A DNA stretch of 64,000 nt, taken from the NCBI GenBank assembly GCA_963751455.1, contig CAVVUN010000006.1:64001-128000 (forward strand). The letters are read 5' to 3'. This DNA comes from Nitrospirota bacterium. GTDB lineage: Bacteria; Nitrospirota; UBA9217. Below are positions 41,314-51,342 of this stretch, in pieces. The notes under the pieces were generated by a model. That model saw nothing but the letters and a program-made list of their open reading frames with translations. It was not told the origin of the DNA and searched no databases. The position numbers and the translations under genes are program-made. Numbering within the stretch: the first letter of the stretch is position 1; every line of letters begins with the position of its first letter.

Positions 41314-41970
41314 GTGAAGAAATCCGTATTGAGCTTATCCATGATAACGGTTGCGGTATTTTTGTTTTTAGCGGGATGTAATGGGGGCGATAGCGGGTCT
41401 TCCGGAGGTGGAGGGGCATCAGAGAAGTATGCGCCGCACACTACGGGAAGCACCTGGAACTATTCCTCGGTCTCAAGTTCTTCGACATATACTTTTACCG
41501 TCTCGATTACCGGCTCATCGGACACAGCCTATACACAGAAGTATATAAGTTCCCTGGATTCGGAATATTCGATTTCGAATTATGTTTTTTCAAACAACGT
41601 ATGGGGACTCTCCACCGCAATTGATTATAATTCTGTTGGCGGCGTTATTTCATCCACAACCTGGAGTCCTCCCTGCCCCACGTTCCTCCCTTCCAATATA
41701 GACACTGGGACTCACGAAACGTACAACCTTACCGTCGATTCCGGTACGCCGGGATCTGCAACCATGGATATTACCGTTATCGGATATGAAAATGTAACTG
41801 TGCCGGCGGGAACGTTCAACAATGCGGTAAAAATCTCTTACACTTATACGTTGCCCGGAGGCTGGGGACCGACCTCCTGGACCTCCTGGTTCGCCGAGGG
41901 TGTAGGCGTTGTGAAGAACGTGTATGGCGACGGCGAGACAGAGCAATTAATGAGCTATTCAATTAAGTAA
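41314..41970 (+). CDS. Hypothetical Ser/Thr-rich lipoprotein
   Basis: AAGGAGG RBS, lipobox LAGC, 'E.VTVPAGTF', 'WFAEGVGVVK'. Confidence 0.8.
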   Translation: MKKSVLSLSMITVAVFLFLAGCNGGDSGSSGGGGASEKYAPHTTGSTWNYSSVSSSSTYTFTVSITGSSDTAYTQKYISSLDSEYSISNYVFSNNVWGLSTAIDYNSVGGVISSTTWSPPCPTFLPSNIDTGTHETYNLTVDSGTPGSATMDITVIGYENVTVPAGTFNNAVKISYTYTLPGGWGPTSWTSWFAEGVGVVKNVYGDGETEQLMSYSIK

Positions 41971-42015
41971 GTGATTCCGTCGAGAGCAACAGCGTTCATC
42001 ACAATCACTTCCATC

Positions 42016-42049
42016 AAAAAAGGCTTAGGTGAAAACCTAAGTCTTTTTT
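42016..42049. terminator. Bidirectional intrinsic terminator
   Basis: AAAAAAGGCTTAGGT-gaaa-ACCTAAGTCTTTTTT. Confidence 0.8.
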
Positions 42050-42152
42050 ATTTTAGGATTAAACCTCTTGCGATTTATGCGCATCTTTGCGGCAAAATCG
42101 ACTTACACACTTTTTCGACTGGGCTAAAGTTCCTATGGGCACGGAACAAAAA

Positions 42153-42189
42153 TGAAAGGCTTAGAGGCATGTCGCCTCTGAGCCTTTCA
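42153..42189 (-). terminator. Intrinsic terminator after the full-length rhodanese gene
   Basis: TGAAAGGCTTAGAGGC...GCCTCTGAGCCTTTCA followed by T-run on the minus strand. Confidence 0.75.
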
Positions 42190-42222
42190 CGTGTCAATGA
42201 GCACGCTGCGTCGCTACGGGAT

Positions 42223-43464
42223 TTAGTAGATCTTGTCTGCCTCGTTAATCTCATTCCCGGAAGCCGCGTACGCATCCACAATCGTCGGTGCTGTTACTTT
42301 CGAGGTGTCCGTCTGGTAGGTTATCAGTGCCATGATCGTCGAAAGGTCCATTCTCCATGGCGAATCAGCCGGCAGATTATACGTGCCGTTCTTGTTCATA
42401 TGATATGCAAGCTGCCCCATCCCGTACGAAGATGCGTCGTCTATCCTGGAACTGTTCCAGCCGAAGATACCGTCAGCAATAAAGAACGGCAACGCCGCTC
42501 TCACGCCGCCTGCTCAGGTGCTGTACAGCTTCTTGTCCTGGGTCAACCCGGCAGCCGTCCATTCGGCAAGCAGCTCGTCCCTGGTCTTTAATACCTGAGA
42601 GCCCGCACTGGCAAGTGCGATGGTCGCATAGGCATCGCCCACCGTCGTGCCTGCAAACTCCAGCTCATACGGCCTCCATACCGAATTGTTGTACCTGTAC
42701 GCAAACGCGTTTGTGAACGTCGGCGTAGGCCCGGTAACCGTAGCCGTCCATTCCAATTCATTCCGCGCGTCAATAATAACGCCGCCCGCAACATTCCCCT
42801 TGGCCACATTCATCATCTCATCAAGGGGAGCGCGAACCGCGTCCATATTGCCCGTCAGGCTGCTGACGCTGAATGTCGTGGCCGTAGGCAGAACCGGCAC
42901 TGCCGTCGAAAGCGTGTAGCCGGTCGCAGTCCAGACTGAATTGGCTGTCGTCGATTTCCCGTTCAGGACGAAGAGGCTGGTCTTAGGAAATCCCCAATAA
43001 CGGAAAGTCCAATAGCCCCTTGCCGACCATATCATATTGTCACCCGTAAAGACCACTGCGGTGGCGCTGTCTATTCCATATTTCTGGACAAAGCCATCCA
43101 TCTGGGGCCCGTCAGCCACCATCATCGCGACCATCATGGGGCCATCCGAGCGGGTTTTCGTAAGATCAGTGTTATAGCTCACGCTGTAAGCGCCTGCGAT
43201 GTGCCCGGCATTGTAATTGGTCGCAGAACTGCCGTCGAAAATGACAACCTTGTTGCCGTTGTCGTCCTTGTAGCCATTATCGATCCATGTCTTGAGTTGT
43301 TGCGGTGAAAGGAGAGAAGAGTGGGTTGCCGCGGCGCCCGAGTCGTCTTTTTTGCTGCTGCAGCCGTTCAGGGGAAAGGAGATAAGGAACAGAAGCATTG
43401 AAACTGCAGCGAATCGTACCAGGAACAGTTTTCGCTGCTTTGGATGACTATGATAATTTATCAT
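42223..43464 (-). CDS. Two-domain rhodanese (sulfurtransferase) lipoprotein; predicted selenoprotein, Sec317 at TGA 42516-42514, 413 aa
   Basis: Lipobox LNGC; 'YNAGHIAGA', 'ARGYWTFRYWG', 'IIDAR'; ORFs 42514-43464 and 42223-42504 are in frame, giving KKLYST-U-AGGVRAA. Confidence 0.85.
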
Positions 43465-44042
43465 TATGTCCTCCTTGTTTGCATGTGATTACCAATTGTA
43501 CCTGTGAAGTAACTTGACGAATCACCTCCCCTCTTTTTAAACTGCATTCAGAACTCGTCGATCAGATCCGCATTCCGATAAATTCCAACCCCCACATTCC
43601 TTTCAGCCCTCCTTTCACGTGCCCGGAATACGCCTGATACAAATGCAGCAATATGCGTACCACAACTAACCTGTTGTTTCTTATAAGCGTGTCAATAATA
43701 TCTTGGCCCAAAAGAGACTTTTTTACTTTCAGTTGTCCCAAACAGAACAGTAAGGTGCCAGATCGATCAGTGGATACCAGGGTTTTGTTACCACATGAAT
43801 ATATAAAGATTATTTGTCGGCGGGCGGCCGTACCGAAAACTTCAGGAGAAGTTCGACCTTCTTCCGCAATTCAGCACATGCGGATTGACATTGTTTCAGC
43901 TGTAAAGGTTTTATGGCAACTTGTTCCAGTACTATTCTGTCGATTATTCGGTTATGAAAATGCGGTTAGAGTATGTCACTTTCACGTGGCAGACGAACAA
44001 AAAAGTGGATGCATGCAAAAGAGTGAAATGAAGTTTTGCAAC

Positions 44043-44714
44043 TCACTTATAGGCTACAAATAAGGCATAGCTTCCGACAACGTCCACAGAATATGTCACA
44101 AAATTTGCTGCTAATATCTTTTCAAGATCAGCAGCATTATCTTGCAGGTTGCTGAAAACCGAAAGCTTGTTATACAGGGGATTTGCATGCCGAAAGAGAA
44201 AACCAGCATCAACCTCCTGGCCGAGAACGGTAGCGCCAAAAAATACTCCGCCTTTATTCAGGAAACGATTAAGGTTCTTAAAAACGATTTCTTTGCATAG
44301 CATAGTGCCGGGAAGACAGTGGAGGAAATTCGCTGCGCCGATAGAATTGAAGAGCGGCATATCCTCAGGATAGGGCTCCAGCACATTCCAGTGATGAGCG
44401 ACAGGATGGTATCTGCTGATTCGGCCAGATGTCTTTTGCAAAGAATTAGTATTCAGGTCCATGAGGTGGACGACCGGCTGGGCGACCGGGAAGCGGCACT
44501 TGTCAAGAAAATAGCCGGAACCGACTCCTACATCGAGATGCTTAGCCGAGACATGTTTATTGTAAAGATCGAGTATCTTTTGAGCCGAACATTTAAAAAT
44601 GCACTGCATTTCGAAAATCAGGACTTCCCAATCATAGATAGACAAAAGGAAATTGGAGTAGACGGCGGCGCCTGCAATTGCTTCCTTTGAAGCTGGAATG
44701 TCTCTTTCGACCAT
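44043..44714 (-). CDS. Class I SAM-dependent methyltransferase
   Basis: 'HLDVGVGSGYF', 'LMDLN', 'FLHCLPG'. Confidence 0.88.
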   Translation of the reverse strand: MVERDIPASKEAIAGAAVYSNFLLSIYDWEVLIFEMQCIFKCSAQKILDLYNKHVSAKHLDVGVGSGYFLDKCRFPVAQPVVHLMDLNTNSLQKTSGRISRYHPVAHHWNVLEPYPEDMPLFNSIGAANFLHCLPGTMLCKEIVFKNLNRFLNKGGVFFGATVLGQEVDAGFLFRHANPLYNKLSVFSNLQDNAADLEKILAANFVTYSVDVVGSYALFVAYK

Positions 44715-44735
44715 CTCTTCTCCTTTCCAGTTACG

Positions 44736-44795
44736 GATTAACGTGGAGGTGACACGCGGCGCTTCCCGCGACGATCTTGACCCGCATCGTTAGAA
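44736..44795 (-). other. attC-like recombination site (degenerate)
   Basis: Minus strand TTCTAAC...GTTAATC, 60 bp, with internal CGCGG/CCGCG stem, between two co-oriented genes. Confidence 0.5.
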
Positions 44796-44808
44796 TCATC
44801 GTTGGGTT

Positions 44809-45525
44809 TCACTTCGTTCTACCCGAACTGCCAACTGTGGAAGCGATTGCAATAGGATTAAATCCTTTAACGATCAGCCATATTGACATAACCAGTTCTT
44901 GCAAGCCGATTGGAGGCGCAAAATAAACCATGGCCTTCATCAAAGGCATCGTACCGAATATATCAAACATGTGTAACAATGCACCTATTGACAAAAGTAC
45001 AGCTGCCCCAAAACCCCAACCCGATAACCATCGAGGAATGAGCTCGGATTTAAATAATAAATAGTAAAACAAAATAGCGCCTAAAGTATAAACGATTATA
45101 TAAAGCAGCGTGGCCCATTCAGTTCTTGCATGAATTGAATCACCCAAGACTTGGAAATAGGAATCAGACTGAGCCCCTGAGTTTATATAGTCCCGACTTA
45201 AATTGATAAGTGACAGTGAGTTGATTGCCAGAAAAATATGGAGAATGCCTTCGAGGAGTCTAAAAACAACATACCCAAGCGCTATTCTTTCATTAAATAA
45301 TTTAAAGAGGGGAAACAACATGATTGGAATCAGAACCATAGCGGGAGCACAAATGAAATCAAGTAGTATTCCTATTTTCACCGGAATTTTATTTGGAAAT
45401 ACTTTAACGATGTAGTCCGGAGCATTGAGAATAGGTTGGTAAATAGTCGAAGCTATAATATTAAAAATAAGCGCAATGAGAAATAATACCGCCACACTTA
45501 TGGCCGTTTTTCTGTATGTATTCAT
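44809..45525 (-). CDS. DUF4386-like membrane protein
   Basis: Multiple TMs, 'LIPRWLSGWG', 'E...IWLIVKGF'; low GC. Confidence 0.8.
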   Translation of the reverse strand: MNTYRKTAISVAVLFLIALIFNIIASTIYQPILNAPDYIVKVFPNKIPVKIGILLDFICAPAMVLIPIMLFPLFKLFNERIALGYVVFRLLEGILHIFLAINSLSLINLSRDYINSGAQSDSYFQVLGDSIHARTEWATLLYIIVYTLGAILFYYLLFKSELIPRWLSGWGFGAAVLLSIGALLHMFDIFGTMPLMKAMVYFAPPIGLQELVMSIWLIVKGFNPIAIASTVGSSGRTK

Positions 45526-45686
45526 TTCTTTATCCTTACGTTTTGATTTGAATATTTTTTTCGGTAGCTCTCCATATCGCACTTTAAATCTTTCATAGAA
45601 TTCTCATCAATTTTGTCTACGATCATAATCCGAATAAGAGTCTTGGCGCTCTGAAAAGTTATTAGCACTCCATACTTCTTTTTATA

Positions 45687-46685
45687 TTAAAAAAATGCCT
45701 CACCCATATAATGCTTGCCGCAAGTGAGCCCAAAATGGTTGATGCCGTCTCTTAATACAAAGGCAATAACAAATACTAATGGATCCACCTCTTTCAGTGC
45801 GATTTTAGATGTGAGCGCAACACCATCGTCTCTTGTCCCCGATACTGCCCAATATTTACTTGAGCCTACTGCAGATGCAAAAAATTTTTCGTTCTCGCTC
45901 TGTGCCGTGAAATCTTTCGTGCTCAGTGTTATATCCGTTCCTTTTGAGGCAGCTCCTCGGAGTTCAATAACAACCAGCTGGTAGCCCTTTTTTGGAGTTA
46001 GAGTCAGGTTCCCTCCAGCGGTTGTGGATATTTTTTCCACTATATATGTCTTGGAAATTTTTAGGTTTAGCTGACTGAAGTCAACAGAATTTTCAGTATG
46101 CTGTTTAGTGACAACTTTAATAGGGACGCTATTGGCCCTATCAACGTTTTTAAGGCCCACGTCATACTTCATATTGACTATTTCTTTCATAGCTTCGTCC
46201 CTTGCCACAAGGGCAATATTGGGTCCCTTGATTCTTATAAAGTACGCGTCGTTCTTTGCCCTGGTAAAATCTCCCGTTTCTGGCGATTTTAAGTCTCGGT
46301 GCTCACTACTTGCATCTACTGCTGCTTCTCCCCCTGGTACCGATAAGTGGACAGGGGTCCCGGCGATTGTAATCGTATGAGGTCCCGGTGATACAGTTAA
46401 CGCGACGCAGGCCTTCTGCTTCAAATTTGCAACTATCTGATTGTCAGCTCTGACCGACCACGGAACTGCTGCACCGACCATGCTCGGCAATCTGTATACA
46501 TAAATGACTGCTCTATCCTTGTCTTCCGATGACACCTCGTAAAATGAGATATGACTCGAAGTGGTAGCGCACGCCATGAGAGTCAGTACAACCGTTAATA
46601 GCCCTCCCATCGCCAACACCCTTTGCAAGGAAAATATCCTTTTCTTTTTACCTCTCTTTGGTGATAAAGAATGACGAGTGGACAT
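45687..46685 (-). CDS. DUF2846-like lipoprotein with extra C-terminal domain
   Basis: Lipobox LMAC, 'AVIYVYR', 'VSPGPHTI'; AAAGGAG RBS before ATG 46685. Confidence 0.65.
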   Translation of the reverse strand: MSTRHSLSPKRGKKKRIFSLQRVLAMGGLLTVVLTLMACATTSSHISFYEVSSEDKDRAVIYVYRLPSMVGAAVPWSVRADNQIVANLKQKACVALTVSPGPHTITIAGTPVHLSVPGGEAAVDASSEHRDLKSPETGDFTRAKNDAYFIRIKGPNIALVARDEAMKEIVNMKYDVGLKNVDRANSVPIKVVTKQHTENSVDFSQLNLKISKTYIVEKISTTAGGNLTLTPKKGYQLVVIELRGAASKGTDITLSTKDFTAQSENEKFFASAVGSSKYWAVSGTRDDGVALTSKIALKEVDPLVFVIAFVLRDGINHFGLTCGKHYMGEAFF

Positions 46686-46865
46686 GAGATCTCCTTTTCG
46701 AATGGACATTCTACATTCTCCGTGAGGGTGCGTGACGTCCAGAGAACGAGTTGGGTCTGGCGCGACCGTTCGTCGCACTCTACCCGAGTGGCTAGTCATT
46801 GTTAATGGTCGATGCTTAGCTTCTACAACCCGACCCAATAACGATACTGAGTAAGGTTATTATAC

Positions 46866-47088
46866 GGGTCGGACCACGCTAAGCTCCTGGTTTTCAAATG
46901 ATATCGTTCCAATAATAGGCATTTTCAAGGCTTAAATCCATCTTTTCATGCCACAAAATCGGATTGTAAGGAGAGGGCACTCTCGTACTTCATAACTTCC
47001 ATCACGCTCAATACATCCCGGCCCTATGACAACGGTGTGTGATATGCCAAACATAACCGAGAATATAATGCCGATTTGCCCTTGCATC
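46866..47088 (-). pseudogene. Internally deleted RAYT / Y1 transposase remnant
   Basis: Minus strand encodes RANRHYILGYVWHITHRCH, then a C-terminal-like LSLENAYYWND, ending at a GGTCCGACCCG palindrome; its RBS lies on the far side of the IS481. Confidence 0.6.
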
Positions 47089-47089
47089 T

Positions 47090-48374
47090 GTGCAACATGC
47101 ACATGGGTTACATTTTAACCTGTGGACATGGGTTACACTTTTTTTAACTTAGGCTCCACTTTTCCGAGCTTGACGTCGAGTAAGCCGATAGGATGGAAAC
47201 CGAAGCGAATTTCGTATTTCCCATCGGCGGTCTCGATGAGGCCGACTCTCGCTCCGGCCAGGAGCTCGGAGATGAAGTAGTAAGTTCTGTTAAACCGGAT
47301 CTCGCCGTGAAGGCGGATCTTGCGGACCTTGATGCCATGATCGTACTCAGGTTCGCGGAGTTTTTCCGGGAACCTCCTGGGTGATGGTTCGTAAACGCTC
47401 GCGGGTGTCTTTTTATTGAGCGCCTCATGCGGGCGGTCGTAATTGTACTCGTGCCGGAACTCATCGAACCGGATTTGCTGCCGGTTCATGTCCGACTCGG
47501 GCGGCTTGGTCGTATCCTGTTTCAGGGTTCGGTGCATCCGCTCATGGCGCCCGTTCTGCTGGGGCTTGCCGGATTCTATCCGTTCCGGCCTGATACCGAG
47601 TTTGATGAGCCATACCGACAATCGGCTGAGACCCGTTACCCCGCGTCCGGCAAACGGCGTCCCGTTGTCGGTACGAATCGCTTCCGGCAGGCCGAACTCC
47701 CGGAACGCCCACTCGAACCAGGGCTGGGTGTCCGCATGGCAAGGGGAATAAAGGCCCTTGCACGTAAGCAGGTAACGGCTCATGTTGTCGGTGATGGTCA
47801 AGGGATAACACCATCGGCCGTCGCCTGTCTTGAACTGGCCCTTGTAGTCTGCGCTCCAGACTTTGTTCGGTGCATCGCAGGCCAGGAACGGCTCACTGTA
47901 TTTCGGCGTTTTCTTGCGCAGCCGCCGGTCCTTGACAAGGCCGTGTCGTTTAAGCCATTTCTCGGCGGTACAGACAGAGGGCCATTTGATCTGGGGCTCG
48001 TCCCGGTTTAAGAGGTCTAACAGCTTCTCGGGACCCCAGGTCATATGCAGCAGCTTTGCTTCAACCAGACGGTTGATGATTTCCTCATCGGTCTGGTTCG
48101 GGTGAACGATTGGAGCTCGGCAGAGCTCTTTCAGGCCGTCTTGGCCGAGACTGTCGTAACGCTCGGTCCACTTATAAATTGTCTTGCGGCTTACTCCGTA
48201 GATCACCGACAGATCGGTGATACTGTAGCCGTTAAGCCAGTCGGCTATTAGCTTTAAACGCTCTTCCATGGGCTCCGTCTTTCTCCAGGGCATAGGATGA
48301 TCCTCCTAGCCCTGCAGTTTAACGTGTTACCCATGTCCATAGGTTAGTTTGTTACCTATGTTAGCAGGTTGTAC
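47090..48374 (-). mobile_element. IS481-family insertion sequence
   Basis: Repeated (G)ACATGGGTTACA / ACATAGGTAACA motifs at both ends in inverted orientation; CATCT duplicated at 47085-47089 and 48375-48379. Confidence 0.8.
47133..48293 (-). CDS. IS481-family DDE transposase
   Basis: 'MPW', HTH 'GVSRKTIYKW', 'WSADYKG', 'TDNGTPF', 'PQQNGRHERMHRTLK', 'YNYDRPHEAL'. Confidence 0.93.
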   Translation of the reverse strand: MPWRKTEPMEERLKLIADWLNGYSITDLSVIYGVSRKTIYKWTERYDSLGQDGLKELCRAPIVHPNQTDEEIINRLVEAKLLHMTWGPEKLLDLLNRDEPQIKWPSVCTAEKWLKRHGLVKDRRLRKKTPKYSEPFLACDAPNKVWSADYKGQFKTGDGRWCYPLTITDNMSRYLLTCKGLYSPCHADTQPWFEWAFREFGLPEAIRTDNGTPFAGRGVTGLSRLSVWLIKLGIRPERIESGKPQQNGRHERMHRTLKQDTTKPPESDMNRQQIRFDEFRHEYNYDRPHEALNKKTPASVYEPSPRRFPEKLREPEYDHGIKVRKIRLHGEIRFNRTYYFISELLAGARVGLIETADGKYEIRFGFHPIGLLDVKLGKVEPKLKKV

Positions 48375-48447
48375 CATCTCGCTCCTCTCTTTAAAGCGAT
48401 CATTTACACATCAAAAAGAGGGTTAGGAGGTCATTGGGGTCATAGGA

Positions 48448-49507
48448 GGTCATTGGGGTCAAATCTTTCATGTTGACAGATTTCCCTCTAATCTAGCCAA
48501 TAGCGCTCGAACCTTTATGTCTTTATTCACTTTTTCATATAATCGCTTTCGCTCCTGGCTGACCGTGACATAGTCAACTGCAAATATCTGCCCGATCTGC
48601 GGACCTTTTAGTCCTCCTGCCCGGTACAGCAATTCCATTACGATTCGACGTAAGTCACCTTTTTCGATCTTGATGGCTTCGATATCCTTACCTGTTTCTT
48701 TTTTGACTTCTTTAAAAACCTCTTCTGTTGACCTATGACGATATATCTCACCTACTGCCGGCCGCTCCCGGTCCTTGGCTGCCTCTATGTAATTCTCCTT
48801 CACCCATGCAATAAACCCCTCTCCCCCCAGAATGCTTTGCCCAATCATGCTTTCTTTAAGCTCTGACTCTTGGGTCATCTCTGCATAGATCCGCTTCTTA
48901 TATTCTTTTCGACCCCGATACGTATCTCCACCGTATTCTCCTAGCACCATGGAGTAATCAACGTACCATTCCTTCTTTCTCGTACTTAAAAAGCCTGGAA
49001 GGCTGCTCCATCTATAACTGATGAGATATTTTATTCGCTCCGGTTCTGAAAGCTTTTTCAATGCTTTTATTTTAACGGGATTCAAATGAATGTAGCGGGA
49101 CAGAACGGAAAGATATTCGTTTTTATCCACGAGAACGCTCTTGTATCTTCCCTGGTACAGGTGTCCTACTCGGTTGTGACGACGGTTGTAATAACCCGTA
49201 TAGGTTATGTTAAACTTGCGCATGAACTCAGAAAGGTTGGCTTTTGGGGTTTCGAGCAGCAAATGGAAATGATTGGACATAAGAACGTAACTGTAAAGCT
49301 TGATTGAGAATATATTTATCGAATGAATCAGTATCTGAATAAACCGTTTCCGGTCGTCATCATCCTTGAATATATCCTGTCGTTCATTTCCGCGGCACGT
49401 AACATGGTATACAGCATTGGGGTACTGTATGCGGAGGGGGCGGGCCATGTCCGAGTATGGCAGAAAGGAGTTAATTTATCAACATCGATGATTTGACCCC
49501 AATGACC
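48448..49507. mobile_element. RAYT locus bounded by inverted repeats
   Basis: GGTCATTGGGGTCAAATC (48448-48465) versus GATTTGACCCCAATGACC (49490-49507), extending inward to ATGTTGA; 19-bp tandem duplication at 48424-48461. Confidence 0.7.
48468..49448 (-). CDS. REP-associated tyrosine (HUH/Y1) transposase with C-terminal HTH
   Basis: 'MARPLRI', 'YHVTCRGN', 'MSNHFHLL', 'GHLYQGRYKS', 'YIHLNPV', 'WSS'. Confidence 0.93.
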   Translation of the reverse strand: MARPLRIQYPNAVYHVTCRGNERQDIFKDDDDRKRFIQILIHSINIFSIKLYSYVLMSNHFHLLLETPKANLSEFMRKFNITYTGYYNRRHNRVGHLYQGRYKSVLVDKNEYLSVLSRYIHLNPVKIKALKKLSEPERIKYLISYRWSSLPGFLSTRKKEWYVDYSMVLGEYGGDTYRGRKEYKKRIYAEMTQESELKESMIGQSILGGEGFIAWVKENYIEAAKDRERPAVGEIYRHRSTEEVFKEVKKETGKDIEAIKIEKGDLRRIVMELLYRAGGLKGPQIGQIFAVDYVTVSQERKRLYEKVNKDIKVRALLARLEGNLST

Positions 49508-49553
49508 CTTGCCCTACTATCAAGAACTATATTTACAATGCACTAGCTATTAC

Positions 49554-50198
49554 TCACGTACGTTTATTTTCTTTGGAATCTAATATTTCACTAATGCTTA
49601 GCGAAATCAAGCCCAATACCTGCAGCCAGATGAACCACGTATTCCAGAAAATCTTTTTATGTTTGATCATTATTTCATCGCTACGATAGTTTTTTAACAA
49701 TTTCTGGTAATTTTCGGATCTTGATTTGAATAGCTTCGCTTTCTCATGACGAATATTTTCTAATTTCTGGAGCTTATCTTCAAAGTTTATAACCCCATCA
49801 TTAACTATTTTATTTAATTCTATTTCTAATTTTCCCCAATCTTCTTCGCCTTCTGAAATTTCTTTGAGGCTATTATCCCATTTCTTTATTATTATTTTGG
49901 TTGTTTCAAATATTCTTTCCTCTATCTGATGCATAAGAGGAGAGCTTGTTTTGTGATTTAATATAAAATTATTTCGTTCAAATAGATCAAGACGTCTTTG
50001 AGTAAATTTATCATTAATTGTTGATAGGAATTGCATAGAAAGAAGTGCGTTGTTTTTATGAGATATTATTTTTTCATTTATATCTGAAAGTTCGTTGTCG
50101 ATATTGTAAATCTTGACAGTCAAAATAAGAGTGGCAAAAATAATTGCTAATGAACCTGATATTTTTAGCGGAATAATTATTTTTTGCATATTTCTCAT
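49554..50198 (-). CDS. AT-rich hypothetical protein with terminal TM helices (cassette-like)
   Basis: 214-aa ORF, very low GC, starts just after an attC-like site. Confidence 0.65.
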   Translation of the reverse strand: MRNMQKIIIPLKISGSLAIIFATLILTVKIYNIDNELSDINEKIISHKNNALLSMQFLSTINDKFTQRRLDLFERNNFILNHKTSSPLMHQIEERIFETTKIIIKKWDNSLKEISEGEEDWGKLEIELNKIVNDGVINFEDKLQKLENIRHEKAKLFKSRSENYQKLLKNYRSDEIMIKHKKIFWNTWFIWLQVLGLISLSISEILDSKENKRT

Positions 50199-50206
50199 TG
50201 TTATCC

Positions 50207-50261
50207 CTATAACGCGAAGGTCAGCCCCGCTTTAGCGTGGGGCTCGACCTTCTGGTTGGAT
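50207..50261 (-). other. attC-like recombination site
   Basis: Minus strand ATCCAAC-ca-GAAGGTC-g-AGCCCC...GGGGCT-GACCTTC-gc-GTTATAG, with one unpaired G. Confidence 0.7.
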
Positions 50262-50297
50262 CATGTTTAGTTCAGATTATATATCGGAGTACGACAT

Positions 50298-50909
50298 TTA
50301 TTTTTTCAAGATGGCGCTCTTGATAGGTGCGGCGTTCTTGGCGTCCGTATGTTCAGTTGTCATAGTTACATGTGTTTTTAAGTTAGTGGAGTTCTCTGTT
50401 TTAGTTGTTAAGTCGTGGTATAAGGTGCTTTGGCCAAAGGAAACGCCAAGAATAAAGACTGCGGCAAAGGCAGAAGAAACCCATAACCAAAATTTTAGAG
50501 AAGTATTATGATAAAGCCATTTAAGGGTTATTTTGTCAGGGTGGTCTAGTGACGCACTTTGAGTCGGAGAAATATTTACCTTTTTCGGATTGCACAGTTC
50601 TGGATTTCTTTTTAGGCGGGTGATAATTGAGTCAAGTACTGCGACAATATCTTCAACGCATTTATATGAGTAAGAACAATAAAACGGAGAATAGCCATTT
50701 GAATAAGTCATGTCAATAAGTGGTGAATACTGATTTTCTCCGATGGAATCATTTAACAGGTCTACTAATTCAATAACAAAAGAACGGAGACGCGGATCGT
50801 CGTCACGGTTCATGCTAAGACTATCGCGAGTGCGAGTGAATCTCTTCATGATATTTGTAAGCTCAGTACGATATCGCTCAAGTTCTTTTATTAGGTTTTC
50901 AGCTGTCAT
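50298..50909 (-). CDS. AT-rich hypothetical protein with C-terminal TM (cassette-like)
   Basis: ORF from ATG 50909; 'PDKITLKWL..N...FW..V...FILG'. Confidence 0.65.
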   Translation of the reverse strand: MTAENLIKELERYRTELTNIMKRFTRTRDSLSMNRDDDPRLRSFVIELVDLLNDSIGENQYSPLIDMTYSNGYSPFYCSYSYKCVEDIVAVLDSIITRLKRNPELCNPKKVNISPTQSASLDHPDKITLKWLYHNTSLKFWLWVSSAFAAVFILGVSFGQSTLYHDLTTKTENSTNLKTHVTMTTEHTDAKNAAPIKSAILKK

Positions 50910-51063
50910 TTTTTGACCCTCGGAATGTTGAGCCTCATCGTAGGCTCGAACTGCTGGTTGGACAATTCTAACAAGGGGATCACGAGCCCCCCTCGTTAAT
51001 ACCGTAAAACCGTTATTGAACAGCCCCCCTGCATAATAACGGATTTGCGGTGTTATCTGGTTT

Positions 51064-51079
51064 AGCAATGATTATGCCA
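51064..51079 (-). promoter_or_regulatory. sigma54 (-24/-12) promoter facing the cassette-like genes
   Basis: Minus strand TGGCATAATCATTGCT. Confidence 0.65.
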
Positions 51080-51342
51080 CGCCGGTTCAATATTCTAGAC
51101 AAATATATTCTTGATTCACTGCGAAGTCAACGATAACGGTGGGGTATTTTAAGGGGATATCAGATATACGGAATGTAATCTGCTCGGTTTCAATGAAATG
51201 CAACTACAACAACTTCAGGAAGAAGTTAAGTTTACGAGGCTGCTATCATATGGGGATTTGAGAATAATGCCTGCTCAGGTGCTCTGATCATTGTTAATCT
51301 GCCTTCTGTTCCCAGCCGCCTGAACGCATGACCGAAGTATTT

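Noticed and set aside
43653-44063. 136-aa plus-strand ORF
   Set aside because: No RBS or motif and overlaps the methyltransferase end; probably non-coding or decayed sequence.
46730-46806. Further attC candidate upstream of the DUF2846 gene (and a 36-bp AAC...GTT hairpin at 50966-51001)
   Set aside because: Core sites and stem pairing are too weak, or the element is too short, to call without a covariance-model score.
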